Assembly: GCF_009914755.1 (NCBI RefSeq)
Contig: NC_060932.1
Reading direction: 5' to 3' (one strand)
Source: the human T2T-CHM13v2.0 reference genome, Homo sapiens
Length of the DNA: 64,000 nt
Shown here: in pieces, positions 54,752 to 64,000 of the stretch
Layout of the letters: each line of letters starts with the position of its first letter
Position numbering within the stretch: the stretch's first letter is position 1
Notes under the pieces: model-generated
Seen by the model: the letters and a program-made list of their open reading frames with translations, nothing else
Databases searched by the model: none
Told to the model about the DNA's origin: nothing
Position numbers and translations under genes: made by a program

Positions 54752-56309
54752 TATTTATCCTTCCATTCATCCAAGATTAGTTTGTCAAACGGTGACTGAA
54801 CCTATAAATTGTTACTGTCTATTAATTACTCGGCACTATGTAAGATTCTGGCAATACTATGACAACAAATAAGTCATATCCCCTGCTCTCAGTTGCTTGC
54901 AGGAGAGACACAAGCAGATAATGACAGTGCATAGTAAAGAGGAACAGAGTTGGGTGAACAACAGCATGGGCTTCAGGACCGGGTCCTCTTAGAGAAGGCG
55001 ATGTGTGAGCTGCATCCCAGAGTGAGGCTGAGCCAGGGCCAGAGGTGGGGCCACTTCACAGCCCAGCTGAGTGACAGCAGAGGAGCAGGCAGCAGCCTGG
55101 CCTGGGTGGGAGCAAGGTGAGGCTTGTTGTCGTTGGCACCTAAAGGTGGAGGCAGATGATGGCAAGAGCTGCATGGAGAGGTGGGTGGAAGACAGACCCA
55201 AGGGCCTTGGATGGATGCCACACTTAGAAGCCAGGGCTCTGTCTTCTGGGCAGTGCACAGAAGGAGCAGATCTGAGTGGCAGGACCTGGCCGTCCTCGGA
55301 CGTAGGGTGTGCAAGACAGAAACTGGCACAACCCCCAGGTTCTTACAGAGGATGTTTGAGGGACAGTGGGCCTACCAACAGAGAGAACACCATATGATGA
55401 GACGCTGACGTCTGACATGACCCCTGCCCTCAGACAGCTTCCAGTCTTGAAGAGGAGACAGTTGAACAAATGATGGCCACCTGTGTATTCTCAGCCCCCA
55501 GCATTGGGATTTGTGTACAGGAGGGGCCCAATCAAAGTCTAGAGAGTAAGTGAACCAGCTCTAATATGTCAAGGTGGAGGTGTTTATTCATTAGGTCAGC
55601 AAATACTTATTGGGGGCTTTCCCTGTGCCAAGAATTCTTCCAGGTTCCAGGGAGGTGGTTGAGGAGTGGGGAGGAAACACACAGATATCTAGCTCTGCAC
55701 AAGGCTGTGTGGGGTTGGCAGCACACATGACAGGAAGAAGGTCAGGAAGGGCTTCCCTGAGGAGGCAGTAAAGGAGCTGGGATGTACTGGGTCAGAGGGG
55801 TTTACTGGGCAAAGAGAGGTGGTGAAGGGCAAGGCAAGAGGGGGAGCAGCTTGTGCAAAGGCCCTGTGGTTGAAGCAGGCATGGCCCACTGAGGGACTGA
55901 AAGGTCGGGGAGGAAGGCAGTGAGCAGGCTGGAGATCTGCAGGCAAGGAGCTGCCTGGCTGGAGATGAGGCTGGGTAGGCCAGGCCCTCAAAGCCCCTAG
56001 CATGCCCTGCCCTACAGGGGTCCCACTCCCAGGACCGCCATCTGGCAGAGGCCCTCTCCACTGCCCATCTCCCTACCCCCGATGGAGTCTTTCTCCAGAG
56101 TACTCATCACGATCTTTGATCTTGTGCATTTTACTTGTGTGATTTGTTCTTGGTCATTTTCCCTCCACTATCACTCAAGCTGCGAGGGAGCGAGAGGCGG
56201 TCTTTTCTGTTCACTGCTGGGTGCCAAGTGCCAGAGCAGTGCCCAGCTCCCAGGAGGTGCTCTGCAGAGAAGGAGAGACTTCTTGAATGGACACAAGGGA
56301 ATGGGCGGC

Positions 56310-56563
56310 CACAGCACTTTCAGAGGCCATGGCAGGGGTATCCCTTGAGCCTGGGAGTTCAAGACCAGCCTGGGCAACATAGAAAGACCCGAACACTATA
56401 AAAAAAAAAAAATAGCCAGCATGGTGGTGCATGCCTTTAGTCCCAGCTACTCAGGAGGTTGAGATAGAAGGATCACTTGAGCCCAGGAGGTCAAGGCTAC
56501 AGATCGTGCCACTGCAGTCCAGTCTGGATGACAGGGTGAGAGCTTGTCTCACACACACACAAA
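56310..56563 (+). mobile_element. AluJ (5'-truncated)
   Basis: CTTGAGCCTGGGAGTTCAAGACCAGCC...; tail decayed to (CA)n. Confidence 0.8.
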
Positions 56564-59053
56564 AGGATTTATTTAGGGAACATTCCCATGTGCCAGGTGC
56601 TGGGGGATGTTGCCTGTGGCCAAGGCTTTCACCATGGAGGCTGCTGGGCTGGCAGAGCAGGCCCCAAAGGCCAGGCCCACCCAGACATGGCAGAAGGGTT
56701 TCCAGCAGGTAGGGGGTGAGCGGAGCCAGGTTCCAGGGAGCCAATTCTGGCAGCAGGAGGAACGAGCTGTGTCGGAAGGAAGGGCCAAGGCCTCGGCGGG
56801 GATCAGCCTAGGGCAGGGTCCAGGTCTTGCTTCACTGACCAGAAGCTCTTGGCTGCTGCTGCCCTCAGAACAGCAGAGAACCCCTGGCCCCACACGCCCT
56901 GTGTCCCTTCCTGTCCTTTCACTCAGAGCTGGGCATCAGAGCGTGCAGGCCTGCCATCAATTGGCAGGAGCTTCCCCGCAGGGATGCAGTGAGATAAGAA
57001 GGAGCTCTGAGAGGCCAGGGCGTCTGCACATGCCCCGTGTCGGGGGCACCAGGCTGGAGTCCAGAGGATGGTGGGAAAGGCCACCCCAAGCAGAGGGGCC
57101 AGGAGCAGTGAAGGCCGGAAGTGAGAGGGGCACAGCATGGCTGCGTGCACAGGGCCACACCCAGCTGTCCAGGAGGCAAAACTGGATTCTGCGGACTGAG
57201 CTGGGGGACCCAGGGCTTGTGGTCAGTTTGGACAGGGTGGTTCATGACAGCCCTATGTGCCATGTGAAAGAGTTGACTTCATCACGGAACACCAGGACCT
57301 CCAAGGATAGCGTACATAGGATTATCAAATTCCTTGGGGTTAAGAACCTGGTGGAGAGGTACTGAGGCCAGACGTGAGAGGTTGGGGCCATCCCAGAGGG
57401 AAGTCGGTGGCCGCATGGAGGACAGCAGAGGCTGCCCATTGAGGGATCCCAGAGGGTGAGCAGGCATGAGGCCATCATTTTTGATCAGCAAGCTGGACTC
57501 TGGGCCTGTGTGTGTGCGACAGTGTGTGAGCTTCATCAGATGACTCATCACACCTTCTCTGAACTTGCCAGAAGGTGCCCTGCTCCTCCTCCAGCCTGGC
57601 CTGGCCTGACGGAGCATGGGGTGGGGTCACCTGCATCCTGCAGCTGTGGGTGGCTGTGTCTGCCTCATTGGCGAAGGCCAGCCTCTGAGCCCTTCTGTTC
57701 AGCCCCAGCAGCCGTACACAAAACCCAGATCTGAAAAGAGAAGTCTGCCAGGCTCAGTAGTGTGAATGTGCTCAGCAGCCGTGCCTGGGTGTCCTGGCGG
57801 CTTATCATCCTGGCCGATGCCCCACTGTGGCCATGGGCTGTGACCTGCTCCTAAGAGGTCATACAAACCAAGTGTAGACCTTGTCCTGGGTCAACAGGGA
57901 AGGAGTCCCTGGGCTGAATTCTAACTTTCGGCCCCCAGACACTCTTGGCTGGTTCTGGGTTTCAGCAAAGCTTGTTGGAAGCCGGCTTATGAGACACACT
58001 TTCTTGGCCTCGGACCACACTCCCTGGGCCTCGGGTTGAGAAGTTCCTGGTGACTCAGAAAGTGGAGGGATTAAGTCTCAGGGAGAAGCCGCTGGCTGCC
58101 GGGCGGACAGATCTGTGCCTGCAAGTTGCTCTTCAATAACAGGGAGTGGCCCTCATTTGCATTGGCTGCTGGGAACTTCCTGAAGATGGTCCCCAAGCCC
58201 CTGGAGGCCAGCACCTGCGAGGATATGCAGCACGAGTGGAGGAGGAGAGGAATGAGGAGGGGAAGGGCGGGGGAGGCTTGCTAGGCAGATGTCAGCACGG
58301 GAAGCTCCACGATCAGGGCAGAAACGGCTCGGACCAGGGGGCTCCGGTGGCTTCCTTGGGCCCTCATACCCGGAGTCTGGGCTGGGCGAGCCGGGGGGAG
58401 ATGCGCCACACCCCTGCGGGGCTGGAAACGGGGAAGGCTGCTCCTTCTGGGTGTGCCTGAGCGGGTGGACTCAGGTACCCCGATAAACCAGTTTGGTTCC
58501 CCCATCTTGCCTCCCAGGGGCAGGAACCAAGTCAGGCTACAGCGTGGCACTGCTCACCTTTCCCAATACCTGAGCGCCTACCAGGGCTGGCCCAGTGTGG
58601 TGGGAAGCAGACGAAAGCAAGGGCCCAGCATCTCCACCCAACAGCATCCTTCATCCCCCGCACGCCGCATTGCCCCCTGCCCCCTTTGTGCTCCTGGGGA
58701 GACTACTAAACTCCTTCACCCCTGGCTGCCGGGGACTGTACCGCCCAGGTGAGCTCCCCTCAGTTAGGGAGCACCCACCGCCTTGTGCCATGCATGCTCT
58801 GGGTCACTCGGTCTCCCAGCTCCCAGCACGGTGAGGCTGGCACAGGTACCAACCCCTCTCCTCCCGGGAGAGAAACTGAGGCTCAAAGAGGCTGAGGGAT
58901 TTGCTCAGGGCCCCTCAGGTGGTATTCAGACTCCAGGCCATCCAGCTCCAAGCGGCTTTGGGGTCTTTTTGTAGATTCTTGGAGGTGGACACTGCAAGGG
59001 ACCTCCAGCCCCATTGGTCACATTTTCCAAAGAACGTTTTGCAGTAGCTGTTA

Positions 59054-59540
59054 CAGTTGACTCTGGGGCAACGTGGGTTGGAACTGCACGAGGAAGGAGT
59101 CCCTAGGCTGAATTCTAACTTTTGGCCTCCAGACACTCCTGCGGGTCCACTTACACATAGATTTTCTTCCTGTGCCACCCCCAAAACGGTAAGACCAACC
59201 CCTCCTCTTCCTCCCCCTCCGCCTCTTCAACATGAAAATGACGAGAAGAGTGGCCTTGGTGATAATCCACTTCCGCTTAATGAAGGGTAAATGTACTTCC
59301 TCTTCCTTATGTTTTTCTTAATACTTTCTTTTCTTCAGCCTACTTTATTGTAAGAACACAGTACATAATACATATTACATACAAAATGTATGGGAATCGA
59401 CTGTTTATATTATCAGTAAGCTTCTGGTCAACGGTAGGCTATGAGTAAGTAAATTCTGGAAGAGTCCAAAGTTACACATGGGTTTTCAACCGCACAGGAG
59501 GTTGGCGGCCCTAAATCTCGTGTTCTTCAAGAGTCACCTG
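59054..59540 (+). mobile_element. Tigger2a-like Tc1/mariner DNA transposon carrying a ~50-bp insert
   Basis: TA|CAGTTGAC...GAGTCACCTG|TA terminal inverted repeats with TA TSD; internal AAGACCAACCCCTCCTCTTCC and CCACTTCCGCTTAATGAA. Confidence 0.88.
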
Positions 59541-60837
59541 TATATCAAAATGAATGTTTCACAGCCAGAGAGACCCTTTAAGAGATGTTGGATCCAGGGA
59601 GATTAAATAGAGCTTTAATATGCTAATGAGCTCAACAAAATATGCAAATGAGCTTAGCAGATCACCAAAAGGCATGGAGCGTTTGCAATGCTTCTCAAAT
59701 CTATTTGGGGCAAGTAGTCTCTCTGGACCAAGGAGCACATCTCTCTGGACCAAGGAGAAATGTTGAGCTTGTACAATCGTTTTTCTCTACAAATGGGGAA
59801 ACTGAGGCCCAGAAAAAGGATGAGACTTGCCTAAAGCTAACCTGTGGCAAAGTCAGGACCTGAGCTTCAGCCCAGGTGTGAGGGGTCGGGAACCTGGTGG
59901 TAGAGCTGCCTTCCCCATCACCACTCCCTGTGTAGGGAAGGGATTGGTGTCTATTTCTTTTCATTGCCCCAGCCCTGGTGCTTTTTGATAGGTCAGAAAT
60001 GTCTGTGAAAGCTTGGCTGGGGCACTGTCTGCCCAGGGAAGGGAACGGAGGAGCCAGGGAAGGAGACTGGGCCAGGTGCTGTTCTTGGGAGTTAGCTTTG
60101 TGGCTGACCTGCTGTCCACGGCCTGGGGACAGGCAGGATTGTCAGGAAGAGCCCTGAGAGCTTGCCACCTTTGCTTGAGACCTCTTCTGTGGCTCCTGCC
60201 TGTCCCGGGGTCCGTGGTCTGTTGATCTTCCCACCTCCTACTGCAGCACAAGTGGTCCCTTCAGGGTGACCCCTTTCCAAAGCCACCTGGTAAACTGCAG
60301 GGAGAGGAGAGAGGGCAGGCTGGTTGGGCCTGACACTCCCATGGGGGAAGAGGAGCAGCTGCATCCCTCCTGACCTCATCAGGATGGGCCCGGACTGGCC
60401 AAAGGAGGACCACGCTGGCTGGAGATGCATCATCCTCCTGCCCTGTGACTTGGGCACCAAGGATTCAATAGCTGTGTGTTCTGTTCTCAGCCACCATTCA
60501 CGGTCACACAGCAGCCACCATTGCGCCTAGGGAACACCTGGACTGAAGATGGGACTGAAGATGGCACTGATGCTGGGGCCATTCCTTGAAGCTCGGCTCC
60601 TCTGTCAGGGGCAGTAGGGTATGTCTGGTATGAGCACAGACTGGGGATTCAGGCAGATGCAGGCTAACCTCAGGCTGCACAACTTCATCACTTGCAGAAG
60701 TTATTTGGCCTCTCTGGGCATCAGTGTTCTCTTTCTTTGTCTTTTTTATTCCATTTATTAAAACTGGCCCAACTATGATGTTAGAAGTCAGTAGTAGTTT
60801 CTGGAAAGAGTCAGAAAGAGGCTTTTGGTTGCTGATA

Positions 60838-61160
<323 letters not shown>

Positions 61161-61441
61161 TGGCTGCTGATAATGTTTTAATTCTACTTTCTAGTTCTGG
61201 ATGCTGTTAAATGGGCACACTTTCTGAGAAATATCAAGATGAAGATTTATAATTTATGCATTTTTCTCTGTGTATGCTATAATTAAATGAAAGATTTACT
61301 TTAAGAAGATGGTGACCCTGAAAAATAAGTTATTCCTAATTTGTGCAATGATGATAAAATCACAGAAAAGTAAACATATTTAAAAATAGTGTTTAAAAGC
61401 AGAATCTTTTCACACTGGAAGCAGTTTTTCTAATACAATCT

Positions 61442-61716
61442 CTTTCTTTTTTTTTTTTTTTTTTTTTTGAGATGGAGTCTCACTGTGTCACCCAGGCTGG
61501 ATTGCAGTGGAGCGATCTTACTCAGCTGACTGCAACCTCCGCCTCCCAGATTCAAGCGATTCTCCTGTCTCAGCTTCCCAAGTAGCTGTATTTTTAGTAG
61601 AGATGGGGGTTTTGCCATGTTGGTCAGGCTGGTCTTGAACTCCTGATCTCAGGTGATACACCCGCCTTGGCCTCCCAAACTGCCGGGATTACATGTGTTA
61701 GCCATTGCGCCTAGCC
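61442..61716 (-). mobile_element. AluS with an internal deletion
   Basis: AGTAGCTG joins directly to TATTTTTAGTAG (about 35 bp missing); flanks TAATACAATCT / TAATGCAATCT. Confidence 0.85.
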
Positions 61717-62403
61717 GTAATGCAATCTATTTCTATTATGCAAGACTTTTAATAAAAACCATTGCATATATTGATTCCATGGTATAAGAGACATGGGCAG
61801 CAGTGTTCTTACCTGTAAAATAGAGGCAATAAAAATCTCTACCTCGTGAGATTAGGCGACAGCATGCATATGTGGTGCTTTCCACAGTGCCTGGTACACA
61901 GTAAACACTCAATAAGTAATGCCATTGTCACCGTCATTGCCATCATCAGGCCTCTGCTGGCATTCCTACACAGCTGGTGGGCTGTGTGGGCTCCTGGACT
62001 GAACCTGGTTTGGCAGAGAATGAAGCATGGCTCTAGGACTATAACCCTGGAGACTGGATTTCTTCAATCTAATCCCTTCTTGGCGGTTGCCTGGTGATTC
62101 TACTCACCTATGGTGGGATGGGCGGGCACGGGGCCCCACCCAAAGAGTAGTGGAGGCTCTTTCTTTCCTGGTCACTCAAACAGTGAAGGGGACAGGACAG
62201 CTGGGAGTGGGCTGGGTCCCCAGTTATGGGTAGGGGAATAGGACACCACTTACTGCATAACTCAACAGGCCCTTGTGCTTTATCCTCTTTCTCCCCACTA
62301 TTGTGGGTGCCTCCATGGCAAGAACCTGCTAGATGGGCCAGACTTCCCAAATCCAAATTCTCTTTTTATTACTATTACTTTATTGAATTAATTAATTTTT
62401 TAA

Positions 62404-62515
62404 TACCACCAGGTATTCCAGGGCGGTCTCCCATCCAAGTACTAACCATGTCCGACTCTGCTTAGCTTCTAAGACTAGACAAGATAGGCATGTTCAAGGT
62501 GGTGTGGCTGTAGAC
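62404..62515 (-). pseudogene. RNA5SP252: Retroposed 5S rRNA pseudogene
   Basis: Reverse complement GTCTACAGCCACACCACCTTGAAC...AGCTAAGCAGAGTCGGAC...GTTAGTACTTGGATGGGAGACCGCCCTGGAATACC matches 5S rRNA with substitutions. Decayed A-tail 62362-62403 and degenerate TSD. Symbol is from memory of the locus. Confidence 0.9.
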
Positions 62516-62939
62516 CCAAGTCTAGATTCTTGTACTGAAAAGCATGTGGGTGCTTATGAGAACGACAGGGCAGATAATGGAAAATCTTCCCAGAAAGCTC
62601 TGGACATGTGGTTGCTGCCCAGTGCTAAGCTCTCAGGAAATAATACTATGACTACATTAGTGTGTTATTTTACAGTTTTAAAGCATTTACATTATCCATC
62701 AACTCATTTGGTTATCACAACCAACCTATGAAATAGGTATTTGACACCATTTAACAGATGAAGAAACTGAGGTTTAGAGCATGCATGTGGCTTGCCTACT
62801 GCTATTCAGTAGCAAAATCAGGTCTCAGTCCAGATCCTCCAACTCCAAGGAGAGTACAACACAGCCATTTTTTAGGAGTGAATGGAAGATATATGAAATA
62901 TACAGCACTACAATATGTCCACTAGCATTCTTAGATTTA

Positions 62940-63870
<931 letters not shown>

Positions 63871-63900
63871 CTATGTCTTTTAAGTTTGTTTGATAAGATA

Positions 63901-64000
63901 CAGTAGTCCACCCTTAACTGTAGCTCCAGTTTCCTTGGTTTTAGTAACCTGTGGTCAACCGTAGTCCAAAAAGATTAAGTAAAAATCTCCGGAAATAAAT
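63901..64000 (+). mobile_element. MER44/Tigger7 5' end (cut by the window edge)
   Basis: TA|CAGTAGTCCACCCTTA...GTGGTCAACCGTAGTCC...GAAATAAA. Confidence 0.75.

Noticed and set aside
56607-57365. 252-aa ORF in the C8orf74 intron
   Set aside because: No recognisable motif; GC-rich intronic composition; not supported as an exon.
59718-59757. 18-bp direct repeat TCTCTCTGGACCAAGGAG x2 (similarly GGACTGAAGATG x2 near 60540)
   Set aside because: Ordinary slippage micro-duplications with no further signal.

Overview
Human genomic DNA from 8p23.1. The + strand carries the complete two-exon SOX7 gene (SoxF HMG-box transcription factor, 388 aa; CDS 18640-18877 + 22407-23335; 3'UTR to about 25305) in a large CpG island. 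Converging on it from the - strand are the last two coding exons of C8orf74 (51079-51485 and 48617-48853); the rest of the window to 64000 is C8orf74 intron, containing a retroposed 5S rRNA pseudogene. Bases 1-12.5 kb are nearly all nested L1, Alu and MaLR elements. Most ORFs in the supplied track are artefacts of GC-rich or repeat sequence. I found no convincing new gene system. The most unusual signals are: (i) two templated insertions copied from DNA within about 1.2 kb into older transposons, one stitched from two templates in opposite orientations; (ii) an Alu with an inverted 5' half (twin priming) just past the SOX7 poly(A) site; (iii) a tail-less Alu fragment with a perfect 16-bp target duplication; (iv) an approximately 42-copy 18-bp minisatellite made of IR3 palindromes close to the oestrogen response element, with a nearly open hexapeptide-repeat frame on the - strand; (v) a palindromic GATA site at the TATA position of SOX7, plus candidate ETS/GATA/FOX enhancers. 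Repeat subfamily names come from my recall of consensus sequences, not from a search.
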